In this document: one piece after another, positions 9,913 through 18,741 of the stretch | Layout: each line of letters begins with the position of its first letter | Position numbering within the stretch: the first letter of the stretch is position 1 | Assembly (NCBI GenBank): GCA_041648975.1 | Contig: JBAZNZ010000009.1 | Coordinates: 1,033-65,032 of the forward strand | From: Candidatus Omnitrophota bacterium | GTDB taxonomy: Bacteria > Omnitrophota > Gorgyraeia > 2-01-FULL-45-10 | Direction of reading: 5' to 3' | Length of the DNA stretch: 64,000 nt | Notes under the pieces: model-generated | Database searches by the model: none | Seen by the model: only the letters and a program-made list of their open reading frames with translations | Told to the model about the DNA's origin: nothing | Made by a program: the position numbers and the translations under genes

Positions 9913-11118
9913 TTATCGGTAGTACTTCTCGTAATCGCTCAGGTCTATATTCAATTTGGCCTTCTTTTTCAGTGAATTTATCCAGCCCTCCAAAACCTCT
10001 ATCCTCTTTTCGTTGATGAGCTTATTCTTATACTCTTCCTTCTCCTTATCGAATTTTTCAGCGTCATACGGTGCTATCTCGAGGATCTTGAATATTACGG
10101 CGCCTTTCCTGGCGTCGACGACCTCCGATATCTCATTCTTTTTCAATTTAAACGCGGCGTCTACCAGGGCAGAGCCTTCTCCGATGCCTTCGACATAGTC
10201 CGGTCTGGAAAACAGTTTCGTCTGCTCGAGCGAAAAGCCAAGCTCGGATACCGCGTCCTCGAAGCTCAAAAAATCCATGTTCATCTCTTCTACTATCTTC
10301 TCGCGGAGTTCCCACGCGTAATCCGTCGCAAGAGGTTTGGCCCGATCCAGCGCCAGGCGCGTCTTTACGCTTTCGTATACGTCCTTGAGTTCCGCGGTCT
10401 TCAACGTGATCTGCTTCGTCTCCGGATCCTTCGCCGGCATCAGGAACTCAGATCCGTGTTTTTCATAGTAATCGTTTATCTCGCTGTCTTCTACCTTTGA
10501 CTTGTCCATGAAATTCTCCGCGGGAATGATGACGTAAACAAGCGCGTATTTTTCGTTATTTTTCCGGTAGTCATCCAGCGCTTCCGCGTCGGCCACCTTA
10601 ATATCTTTCGCGACGATGTCGTGCATCTTCTGTATGGTGAGGTTCTCCCGCATGACCTCTTCGAAATTCCTAGGGTAAAGGCCCAGATTATTACGCAGGA
10701 CATATTCGTACAGCCTGTCGTCAAACTTGCCGTTCCTGACGAACATGGGATGCGTCTTTATGGCCTTTATCACCTCCGCGTCTGTTACCTTTATCTTATT
10801 CTTCCGCGCTTCCCCGGCCATCAATATCCTGTCCCATGCCAGCCTTCCCATCAGATCCTTGTCCTTCATGAACATATCAAGAGCCTGCGGCTGGTTGAAG
10901 TAATTCATAAGTATCTGCGCCTTTACGCAGTTGAGACTTTGGGCGAACTCATCAAAGGTCACTTTCTTATTGTCTACAAGGCCGGCGTATTTCGGCCCTT
11001 TACTTTTCCCGCCGCCAAGGTTGCCCGTTCCCCACAGGACGAATGCCGGCATTATCAGTATCACGAGCGCCCAGAATACTATCTTCGATATGTGTTTTTG
11101 TCTCAATATCTTAAGCAT
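9913..11118 (-). CDS. membrane-anchored periplasmic chaperone, PpiD/SurA N-domain family
   Basis: N-terminal transmembrane segment (IVFWALVILIMPAFVLWG) followed by a SurA_N-like chaperone region; 401 aa. Confidence 0.65.
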   Translation of the reverse strand: MLKILRQKHISKIVFWALVILIMPAFVLWGTGNLGGGKSKGPKYAGLVDNKKVTFDEFAQSLNCVKAQILMNYFNQPQALDMFMKDKDLMGRLAWDRILMAGEARKNKIKVTDAEVIKAIKTHPMFVRNGKFDDRLYEYVLRNNLGLYPRNFEEVMRENLTIQKMHDIVAKDIKVADAEALDDYRKNNEKYALVYVIIPAENFMDKSKVEDSEINDYYEKHGSEFLMPAKDPETKQITLKTAELKDVYESVKTRLALDRAKPLATDYAWELREKIVEEMNMDFLSFEDAVSELGFSLEQTKLFSRPDYVEGIGEGSALVDAAFKLKKNEISEVVDARKGAVIFKILEIAPYDAEKFDKEKEEYKNKLINEKRIEVLEGWINSLKKKAKLNIDLSDYEKYYR

Positions 11119-11237
11119 CGCTTCCCCCGATTTGCTACAGTTTTTGATAGAACTACATCTACATCATCCGATTATATGGCATAATACCTTTTTGTTCAAT
11201 AACTAATTTTTCTGCCCGTTCTGTCCCCAAACTTACC

Positions 11238-11266
11238 TTGACTTTTATACCCATATTATGTAAAAT
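11238..11266 (+). promoter_or_regulatory. hisG promoter TTGACT-17-TAAAAT positioned for a leaderless transcript
   Basis: The -10 hexamer ends 8 nt before the hisG ATG at 11275; no Shine-Dalgarno sequence present. Confidence 0.5.
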
Positions 11267-11274
11267 AATTCAAT

Positions 11275-12159
11275 ATGAAAGAGAAGAGCTTAAAACTTAA
11301 ATTGGGCCTGCCCAAGGGTAGCCTCCAGGAGGCTACCGTAAGGATGTTCCGCAAGGCCGGCTTCTATGTCGGCATAAGCGAACGGTCTTATTTCCCGTCA
11401 ATAGACGACGACCGGATAGAGTGCATACTCTTCAGGGCGCAGGAGATGTCCCGCTATGTCGAGGATGGCATACTCGACGTAGGCATAACGGGCAACGACT
11501 GGATACTGGAGAACTCTTCCAATGTCGTGAGGGTCGCGGAACTGATATACGCGAAACAGAGCATGAGGCCGGTGAGATGGGTGCTTGCGGTCCCCCAGGA
11601 TTCCAAAATAAAAAGCGTAAAAGACCTTAAGGGCAAATCTATCGCCACAGAACTTGTCAATGTGACGAAATCCTATTTGAAGAAGAATAAAGTGAAGGCG
11701 AATGTCGAATTCAGCTGGGGCGCGACCGAAGTCAAGGCCATTGTCGGAGTGGACGCTATCGTAGAGGTCACGGAGACGGGGTCATCGCTTCGGGCGAACA
11801 AATTAAGGGAGATCGCTACGGTGTGCGAGTCGACGACTCAGCTCATCGTCAACAGGAAGAGCTGGATGATACCGTGGAAGAGGGACAAGATAGAGAACCT
11901 GGCGATGCTCCTGAAGGGCGCGATACTGGCCGAAGAGAAGGTGGGGCTTAAGATGAACGTCGCGAAGAAAGACCTGAAGGTCGTTCTGGGGCTTCTGCCG
12001 GCGATGAAGAAACCGACGATATCGAACCTTGTAGACTCCGACTGGGTCGATATAGATACGATAATAGACGAGAAGGTAGTGAAGGACCTGATACCGAAAT
12101 TGAAAAAAGCAGGCGCCGAGGGAATCATCGAGTACCCTTTAAACAAGGTGATTTATTAG
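11275..12159 (+). CDS. hisG: ATP phosphoribosyltransferase (long form)
   Basis: LGLPKGSL and GITGND motifs plus a C-terminal regulatory domain; 294 aa. Confidence 0.9.
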   Translation: MKEKSLKLKLGLPKGSLQEATVRMFRKAGFYVGISERSYFPSIDDDRIECILFRAQEMSRYVEDGILDVGITGNDWILENSSNVVRVAELIYAKQSMRPVRWVLAVPQDSKIKSVKDLKGKSIATELVNVTKSYLKKNKVKANVEFSWGATEVKAIVGVDAIVEVTETGSSLRANKLREIATVCESTTQLIVNRKSWMIPWKRDKIENLAMLLKGAILAEEKVGLKMNVAKKDLKVVLGLLPAMKKPTISNLVDSDWVDIDTIIDEKVVKDLIPKLKKAGAEGIIEYPLNKVIY

Positions 12160-12169
12160 TCATAAATTC

Positions 12170-12295
12170 TAAGCACGAAATCCGAAATTCGAAACAAATT
12201 CAATCTTTCGAATTTTCAAAACTGCTGTTTTGGTCGTTTGAATTTTGGTTATTTGATGTTGTTTCGTATTTCGATATTCGTATTTCGGATTTATA
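12170..12295. repeat. long imperfect inverted repeat built from CGAAAT/ATTTCG words
   Basis: ACGAAATCCGAAATTCGAAACAA ... TTGTTTCGTATTTCGATATTCGTATTTCGGATT; lies between hisG and the bS22-like ORF. Confidence 0.55.
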
Positions 12296-12317
12296 GTTTA
12301 CTAGGAGGTGATATCCA

Positions 12318-12407
12318 ATGCCTTGCGGACGTAAGCGTAAAAGAGCGAAGATGGCGAAGCATAAAAGAAAAAAAAGGATGAGAAGAGACCGCCATAAAAA
12401 GAAATAA
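12318..12407 (+). CDS. bS22-like ribosomal small protein (29 aa, extremely basic)
   Basis: AGGAGGTG Shine-Dalgarno sequence 7 nt upstream of the ATG. The peptide MPCGRKRKRAKMAKHKRKKRMRRDRHKKK resembles the mycobacterial/Bacteroidetes bS22 sequence ([23 protein letters not shown]...) as recalled from memory. Absent from the ORF track because it is under 60 aa. Confidence 0.5.
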   Translation: MPCGRKRKRAKMAKHKRKKRMRRDRHKKK

Positions 12408-12472
12408 GTCGTAAGCTGTAAGTTGTAAGTTTTAAGTTAAAAGCTTACAACTTACGACTTACAGCTTATAAC
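12408..12472. repeat. word-built hairpin (GTAAG/CTTAC words)
   Basis: GTCGTAAGCTGTAAGTTGTAAGTTTTAAGTT | AAGCTTACAACTTACGACTTACAGCTTA; directly follows the bS22-like stop codon. Confidence 0.65.
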
Positions 12473-12498
12473 TAAACCTCTGTTTAAGAGTCACTATA

Positions 12499-14034
12499 GT
12501 GCGCGCGACAAAATATATATTTTCCCTGGCAGTTCTCATTACACTTCTAATATCCACGGTCGATTTAGATGCTGTAATAGACATTTCCGCCAAAAAAAAT
12601 CCGCTCTCGTTATGGGAAACGGTCGTCCAGAAGGTCCGCCCGACGAATGCGTTTTCCAGGTCGCTAGCCCATTTCACGATGGGCGTTATCAACGATAACG
12701 AGTCCAAGCCCGAAGACGCTATCCGGGAATACAAAGAGGCGATAGAGTCCGAGCCCGGCGTAAGCTACCTGCATACGAGGCTCGCCATAGATTATATACT
12801 TCTTAAGAAAGAAGACGACGCCGTCGAAGAATTGAAGACGGCCAAATCGCTTGACCCCTCCGACGTGAGGCCGAAGTTCCTCCTGGCGTTGACATATACG
12901 TCGCTGGGTATGCTTGAAGAGGCGCGCAGAGAGTACGAAGAGATAGCGCGGCTCGACCCGAACTCCATATGGGCGCTAAGTTCTTTGGCGGACATATTTG
13001 TATTACAGAAGAAGATGGCTGAGGCTGCCGCTGTATACGAGAAGCTTCTCGAGGATAAGAAAGACTCCGCCGTCCTGTATTTCAACCTTGCGGTCATCTA
13101 CTCGAGGATGGAGAGGACCGACGAGGCCATAGAGATGCTTAAAGAGGCGGTCTCGGTAGACGGCGAATACGTCGAGGCGTATATAGGGCTCGGCATATTA
13201 TATGAGATGAAAAAAGACCTCCCCGGCGCCATCCGTAATTTCGAAACGGCTCTTGAGAAAGATCCTCTGAATACGAAGCTATATCACCACATCGGCATCT
13301 TATACTATAAAGATAAGAAGGTAGACAGGGCGATAAAGAAATACGAGCTCTTGCTGAAGAATAATCCCAACGATCTCGACGCTTACATAGAGCTTTCGAA
13401 TATATATCTGGGCGAAAAGAGGCCGCAGGACGCGATAAAGGCGCTCGACGCCGCGTTGGAGAGGGGTTCGAAGGAAGCGAGCCTGTATATAGCCCTGGGA
13501 TTTACGTATACTGTCCTGGAGAGATACGATGAGGCGCTGAAGTTCTATAACACGGCGCTTGAGATAGATAGAGATGACCCGAAAGTCCATTTTTATCTCG
13601 GAGTCCTTTATGAAAAGAGAGGCGACAAAGAATTGGCCGCCGGAGAACTCAGGGAAGCGATAAGATTAGACCCGGATTTCGCGGACGCCTGTAATTACCT
13701 TGGGTACATGCTGGTAGAAAAGGGGGGAGCCTTGGACGAGGCCATCCTCCTTATAAAGAAGGCGCTGGAGACAGATCCCGATAATGCCGCTTATATAGAT
13801 TCTCTCGGATGGGCGTATTTTAAGAATGGCATGACGGATGAGGCGCTTACGGAATTGGAGAAGGCGTTAAAGCTGGAACCGGGCGATCCCGAAATAAGGG
13901 ACCATCTCGGTGAGGCGTACCTTAAGAAAGGTATGAAGGGTAGGGCAAGGGAAGAGTGGAAGAAGGCGCTCGAACTTAAACCCAGCAAGGATATGCAGGA
14001 TAAAATTAGAGAGAAGCTGAGAAAGGCAAGGTAG
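12499..14034 (+). CDS. secreted TPR-repeat protein
   Basis: N-terminal signal-like hydrophobic segment followed by about ten tetratricopeptide repeats. Confidence 0.7.
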   Translation: MRATKYIFSLAVLITLLISTVDLDAVIDISAKKNPLSLWETVVQKVRPTNAFSRSLAHFTMGVINDNESKPEDAIREYKEAIESEPGVSYLHTRLAIDYILLKKEDDAVEELKTAKSLDPSDVRPKFLLALTYTSLGMLEEARREYEEIARLDPNSIWALSSLADIFVLQKKMAEAAAVYEKLLEDKKDSAVLYFNLAVIYSRMERTDEAIEMLKEAVSVDGEYVEAYIGLGILYEMKKDLPGAIRNFETALEKDPLNTKLYHHIGILYYKDKKVDRAIKKYELLLKNNPNDLDAYIELSNIYLGEKRPQDAIKALDAALERGSKEASLYIALGFTYTVLERYDEALKFYNTALEIDRDDPKVHFYLGVLYEKRGDKELAAGELREAIRLDPDFADACNYLGYMLVEKGGALDEAILLIKKALETDPDNAAYIDSLGWAYFKNGMTDEALTELEKALKLEPGDPEIRDHLGEAYLKKGMKGRAREEWKKALELKPSKDMQDKIREKLRKAR

Positions 14035-14140
14035 GTTACGTAATGTTACGTAAAGTTAGTGAATGTTACGTAAGGTTACAAAAGTCTACTAACCTTACGT
14101 AACCTTAATTAACCTTCACTAGCCTTATGTAACCTTTTAA
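14035..14140. repeat. word-built hairpin (TTACGTAA/GGTTAC words)
   Basis: GTTACGTAATGTTACGTAAAGTTAGTGAATGTTACGTAAGGTTAC ... ACCTTACGTAACCTTAATTAACCTTCAC...; lies between the TPR gene and tkt-N. Confidence 0.65.
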
Positions 14141-14152
14141 TAGCGAGACCAC

Positions 14153-14986
14153 ATGAATAAACCCAACATATTAACTCTGAAAAAGAAAGCAGTAGATATA
14201 CGCAAAGACATCCTGAAGATGTTGATGATTGCCGGTTCGGGTCATACTGGCGGCAGCCTTTCCATCGTCGAGATATTGATCTCGTTATACTATTATAAAT
14301 TAAAACATAATCCAAAAGATCCCGGCTGGCAAGGGCGGGACAGATTTCTTTTGTCAAAAGGGCACGGATGCCCGGCGCACTACGCCGTCCTGGCCGATCT
14401 AGGATATTTCCCTAAAGATATGCTCTGGACGCTTCGCAAATTCGGCAGTAAACTGCAGGGCCACCCCCAGATAGGCCTGCCGGGAGTGGAAGTGTCGAGT
14501 GGTTCTCTGGGGCAGGGGCTGTCGATAGCGAACGGTATGGCGCTCGCCTCCCGCCTCGACAAGACAGGCATGAGGGTGTATTGCCTGATGGGCGACGGCG
14601 AGACGAACGAGGGCCAGGTATGGGAAGCGGCCATGACGTCAGCCCACTACAAGCTCGATAACGTATGCGCTATAATAGATTTCAACAAGCTGCAGATAGA
14701 CGGTTTTTGCTGCGACGTGATGGACATGGGGCCGTATATCCATAAATGGAAAGACTTCGGCTGGCATGCCATCGAAACAGACGGCCATGATATTGCCAAG
14801 CTGATGGACGCGCTCGATGAGGCCTCCGGCGTAAAAGGCAAACCGACTATAATCATAGCCCATACCATAAAAGGTAAAGGCGTTTCATTTGTAGAGAACA
14901 AGGCGGAATGGCACGGCGTAGCCCCGTCGAGGGATCAGTATGAACGGGCCATTGAAGAGTTGGATAAGCAGTTAAAAGGGCTCTAG
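14153..14986 (+). CDS. transketolase, N-terminal (thiamine-diphosphate-binding) subunit
   Basis: 277-aa ORF with GSGHTGGSLSIVEIL and GDGETNEG ThDP motifs; split-transketolase architecture. Confidence 0.9.
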   Translation: MNKPNILTLKKKAVDIRKDILKMLMIAGSGHTGGSLSIVEILISLYYYKLKHNPKDPGWQGRDRFLLSKGHGCPAHYAVLADLGYFPKDMLWTLRKFGSKLQGHPQIGLPGVEVSSGSLGQGLSIANGMALASRLDKTGMRVYCLMGDGETNEGQVWEAAMTSAHYKLDNVCAIIDFNKLQIDGFCCDVMDMGPYIHKWKDFGWHAIETDGHDIAKLMDALDEASGVKGKPTIIIAHTIKGKGVSFVENKAEWHGVAPSRDQYERAIEELDKQLKGL

Positions 14987-14990
14987 TTTC

Positions 14991-15056
14991 TTGAGTTATT
15001 TGCGTTTGTTGCGTTCAACGCAATAAACGCAATGAACTCAATGAACGCAATAAACC
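14991..15056. repeat. word-built hairpin (AACGCAA/TTGCGTT words)
   Basis: TTGAGTTATTTGCGTTTGTTGCGTT | AACGCAATAAACGCAATGAACTCAA; lies downstream of tkt-N. Confidence 0.65.
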
Positions 15057-15081
15057 ATAGTCAATTTACAAGGAGTTAATT

Positions 15082-16734
15082 ATGTTATCCAGAAAAATGA
15101 AGATGTATATCAAGATGTATTGGGTGAGGATCGTCATCATACTTGCCGTGGTCCTGGTGGGATTCCTGGCGGTGTGGGGGCTCATGTCGCTCGAGTCTTT
15201 CTACAGGAAGATCACGCTCGCGACGATGCCGATCAACCTTATAATGGTAGCGCTGAACGCCACCATATTCGTGTTCATGTACATGATGTTCATGCAGGGC
15301 GGGCTTGCCAAGGTGTCGAAGTCGACGATAAAGGGCGAGCGCGTCAATGTGAAATGGGACGACGTCGTCGGCATGGAAGATGTAAAGGTGGAGGCCAGGG
15401 AAGTCGTCCAGCTCATATCGGACAGGGCGCGCCTGAAGAAGATAGGCGGGAAGATACTGCGCGGCATCCTTATGATAGGGCCTCCGGGGTGCGGAAAGAC
15501 CTATATGGCCAAGGCGATAGCGACCGAGACGGGCCTGCCGTTCCTGGCGATGTCGGGCAGCGAATTCGTCGAGATATTTGTCGGGGTCGGAGCCTCCAGG
15601 GTGAGAAGGCTGTTCAAAAAAGCCAGGGAGCTCGCGTACGGTTACGGCGGCTGCATTGTTTTTATAGACGAACTCGATGCCATCGCGAGAAAAAGAGTAT
15701 TCTCGGTATTCGGCGGGACGGAAGAGACGAACTCCACGCAGAACCAGCTTCTCGCCGAGATGGACGGCCTGCAGGAGATAAAGGATAAAGACGGAAATCC
15801 GTCGTCTGAGCAGAACGTCATCATCATCGGCGCTACCAACGCCCCTGAAGACAACCTCGACCGGGCGCTCTTGAGGCCCGGCAGGTTCGACAGAAAACTT
15901 TATATAGATAAGCCGGGGCTGGAGGATAGGGAGAAGCTCTTCAAGTTTTATCTCGATAAGATACAGCATGATCCTTCGATAGACGTAGCGCGGCTTGCTC
16001 GAAAAGCCGTATATAAATCTCCGGCAGATATTGAAAATATAATCAAGGAAGCGGCGCTCATCGCCACAAGAGATAATCGCGACGTCATAAAGCTGGAAGA
16101 CATCTCGGAGGCGATCGAGAGGGTCGACATGGGCATGAAACATAAGCGGACCATGCCCCCGCGGGAGCGCGAGATGGTAGCCTGGCACGAGACCGGGCAC
16201 CTCGTCACTACGTATCTCCTGCATCCGACTAAGGATGTCTTCAAAGCTTCGATCATAGGGCGGAAATCGTCGCTTGGCGTCGTCCACTCGAATTTAAGGG
16301 AAGAATGGCATGTGGACACCAGAGAAGTGCTTATCGCCGATATCAAGATATGCCTGGCGAGTTATGTGATAGAGAAGATGAAGTTCAATACGACCTCGAA
16401 CGGTGTGGACATGGATTTCAAACAGGCCATGACTATAGCCCATAATATGGTCTGGAGATGGGGCATGAACGACGCCGGCCTCGTCGGCGATTACACGCTC
16501 ATCCCGGAAACACAATTGTCCGAAAATACGAAAGACGCCCTGAATAAAGAGACCGACAAGATTATGCAGGCATGCGTAAAGAGCGTCGAAGAGCTGCTGA
16601 AGAACGAATGGACCATCGCGGAGAGATTTGCCAAAGAACTCCTCGCGAAAGATGAGCTGGATTACGACGATATAGAGGCGATCTTCAAGGAATACGGCAA
16701 GACGCACACGAACAGCGAATGGCAGAAGAAATAA
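15082..16734 (+). CDS. FtsH-family ATP-dependent zinc metalloprotease paralog lacking a periplasmic domain
   Basis: Two N-terminal transmembrane helices, Walker A GPPGCGKT, Walker B IVFIDELDA, SRH region, HETGH zinc site; 550 aa. Confidence 0.8.
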   Translation: MLSRKMKMYIKMYWVRIVIILAVVLVGFLAVWGLMSLESFYRKITLATMPINLIMVALNATIFVFMYMMFMQGGLAKVSKSTIKGERVNVKWDDVVGMEDVKVEAREVVQLISDRARLKKIGGKILRGILMIGPPGCGKTYMAKAIATETGLPFLAMSGSEFVEIFVGVGASRVRRLFKKARELAYGYGGCIVFIDELDAIARKRVFSVFGGTEETNSTQNQLLAEMDGLQEIKDKDGNPSSEQNVIIIGATNAPEDNLDRALLRPGRFDRKLYIDKPGLEDREKLFKFYLDKIQHDPSIDVARLARKAVYKSPADIENIIKEAALIATRDNRDVIKLEDISEAIERVDMGMKHKRTMPPREREMVAWHETGHLVTTYLLHPTKDVFKASIIGRKSSLGVVHSNLREEWHVDTREVLIADIKICLASYVIEKMKFNTTSNGVDMDFKQAMTIAHNMVWRWGMNDAGLVGDYTLIPETQLSENTKDALNKETDKIMQACVKSVEELLKNEWTIAERFAKELLAKDELDYDDIEAIFKEYGKTHTNSEWQKK

Positions 16735-16752
16735 GAGGCGGGCATCTTGGGA

Positions 16753-17757
16753 ATGAAAACAAAGCGGACCTGTTCTTTAATTTTACTGGTTACTGGTTAC
16801 TGGTTACTGGTTACTTTTTTAAACGGTTGCACCCCGACATACCCTAAAGAGAAATTTAAGGAATGCATACTTGAGGTATGTAAAAAGGAATATAAGGTAG
16901 ACGTCAAGGTCGGCGCGGCCGGCAAGACGGTGGCGATATACCTGCCGCTTGAGAATCTGCTCGATTTCACATTCGCCATAACAAAAGAGGCGAGCGAGCA
17001 TATAAACGACGTGCTGCTTAGCGTATCGCGCGTCTCGTTGTCGACGGACGCGGACTATGACTTTTATGTTATCATCGCCCATGATATCCGTATCCCGGAG
17101 ATACAGATAGTTATTATCAAGTCCGTGGACGATGTGAAGAGGTTCATGTTGAACGATATATCCAGGGGAGAATACGGCAAGAGGATGCTCATAGACCTGC
17201 GCATGAATCCCCAGGCGCAGAAAGAACGCGCCGTAAAAGAGATATTCCAGAAGATGAACCTCGATAAGAAGTGGCAGGAAGACGTGATGAACGACTTCTT
17301 CAGGGCCGAGCCGACGGCGCTTAGCGATATCGGGTACTGGAATAACAGGTTTTATGTTAAAGATATCGCGATGACCGAATTCCTGGCGGAACAGGTAGCC
17401 TCCAGGATCAAAATAGATTTCAGGGAGGACAAGAAATTATCGGACGCGTTTTCGGTCAAGTCGTCCAAGGGGCGGTATCTGGACAAAAACGGCAAACGTT
17501 ATTTCCAGTTCGACCTGTCGATAGGGCCCGGTTCGCCCGAAGCGTTGGTGGATGAAAATTACCCGGGCAGGATACTCGAGGAAGCCCTTAAGATCGCCGT
17601 AAACGTGCTCCGCGGTTACTTCTTCGAAGATTATGATTACATAGAGATAGTCAATCAGGCCGATAAGAAGATGATAAGGGTTTCCCGGGAAGACGCGGAG
17701 AGATTCAGGACGAAAAAGATAAAATTCAAGGATATACTTATAGAAGGTATCGCGTAG
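16753..17757 (+). CDS. hypothetical lipoprotein
   Basis: MKTKRTCSLILLVTGYWLLVTFLNGC signal peptide with lipobox; the hydrophobic h-region is encoded by the (TTACTGG)4 tandem repeat. Confidence 0.55.
   Translation: MKTKRTCSLILLVTGYWLLVTFLNGCTPTYPKEKFKECILEVCKKEYKVDVKVGAAGKTVAIYLPLENLLDFTFAITKEASEHINDVLLSVSRVSLSTDADYDFYVIIAHDIRIPEIQIVIIKSVDDVKRFMLNDISRGEYGKRMLIDLRMNPQAQKERAVKEIFQKMNLDKKWQEDVMNDFFRAEPTALSDIGYWNNRFYVKDIAMTEFLAEQVASRIKIDFREDKKLSDAFSVKSSKGRYLDKNGKRYFQFDLSIGPGSPEALVDENYPGRILEEALKIAVNVLRGYFFEDYDYIEIVNQADKKMIRVSREDAERFRTKKIKFKDILIEGIA
16783..16814 (+). repeat. tandem heptanucleotide repeat (TTACTGG) x 4.5 inside the lipoprotein signal-peptide coding region
   Basis: TTACTGGTTACTGGTTACTGGTTACTGGTTAC read directly from the sequence. 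Confidence 0.9.
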
Positions 17758-17777
17758 GGCATACAGGGGAGTCTAAT

Positions 17778-18731
17778 GTGAGCGCAGGCAACTTTAAGAT
17801 GGTCCCGACGAGAGACGGTTTCGGCGAGGGCCTGATAGAACTGGGGAAACGGAATAAGGATGTCGTCGTCCTGTCGGCCGACCTGACCGATTCGACAAGG
17901 GCGGCCTGGTTCAAAAAACAGTTCCCGGAGAGGTTCTTCGGTATGGGTGTTGCCGAACAGGACATGATCGGAACCGCGGCCGGATTAGCGCTAATGGGAA
18001 AGATCCCGTTCGCGTGCACATTCGGGGTTTTCGCGTCGGGCAGGGCGTGGGACCAGATAAGGATATCGGCCGCTTATATGAACATTAACGTGAAGATAGC
18101 CGGCACCCACGGCGGCATCTCCGTCGGACCGGACGGCGCCACTCACCAGGCGCTTGAGGAGATAGCGCTTATGCGGATCCTGCCTAATATGACCGTGATC
18201 GTCCCGTGCGACGCGCTTGAAGCTAAGAAGGCGACGATAGAAGCCGCCGGGACCAGGGGGCCTGTATATATAAGGCTGGGCAGAAGCGGGATGCCCGTCA
18301 TTACGCGTCCCGACGATGTATTCAAGATAGGCAAGTCGGTCATGATGAGGGATGGCAAAGACCTGACCATATTTGCCTGCGGCCAGATGGTATACGAGTC
18401 GATGCTGGCGTGCGATATGCTGGAAAAAGACGGCATAGGCGCGCGGCTTATAAATCTGCACACCCCGAAACCGATAGACAAGGACGCCGTCATTAAGGCA
18501 GCACGCGATACGGGGGCCATAGTCACGGCGGAAGAGCATTTGATCGCCGGCGGTATGGGCAGCGCCATAGCGGAGATCGTGGTCCAGGAATGCCCTGTAC
18601 CGATGAAGATGGTCGGCGTTAAGGATAAATTCGGCACATCCGGCGAGCCGGACGAGCTGTTCGAATACTTCGGCCTTACGGCGAAACATATTGTATCATC
18701 CGCGAGAGAGGTCCTCGCAAAAAAGCGGTAG
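17778..18731 (+). CDS. transketolase, C-terminal (pyrimidine-binding/TKC) subunit
   Basis: 317-aa ORF; GTG start preceded by a GGGGA ribosome-binding site; FGMGVAEQDMIGTAAGLAL motif. Confidence 0.9.
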   Translation: MSAGNFKMVPTRDGFGEGLIELGKRNKDVVVLSADLTDSTRAAWFKKQFPERFFGMGVAEQDMIGTAAGLALMGKIPFACTFGVFASGRAWDQIRISAAYMNINVKIAGTHGGISVGPDGATHQALEEIALMRILPNMTVIVPCDALEAKKATIEAAGTRGPVYIRLGRSGMPVITRPDDVFKIGKSVMMRDGKDLTIFACGQMVYESMLACDMLEKDGIGARLINLHTPKPIDKDAVIKAARDTGAIVTAEEHLIAGGMGSAIAEIVVQECPVPMKMVGVKDKFGTSGEPDELFEYFGLTAKHIVSSAREVLAKKR

Positions 18732-18741
18732 ACAGATCGAT

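Noticed and set aside
15085-16287. 400-aa antisense ORF inside the FtsH-like gene, and similar long minus-strand ORFs inside lpxD/lpxC (30700-31638), lpxI (33418-34101), cstA (63130-63624) and others
   Set aside because: These are shadow ORFs on the opposite strand of well-supported genes. They are Arg/Pro/His-rich in a pattern typical of reverse frames, and there is no independent support.
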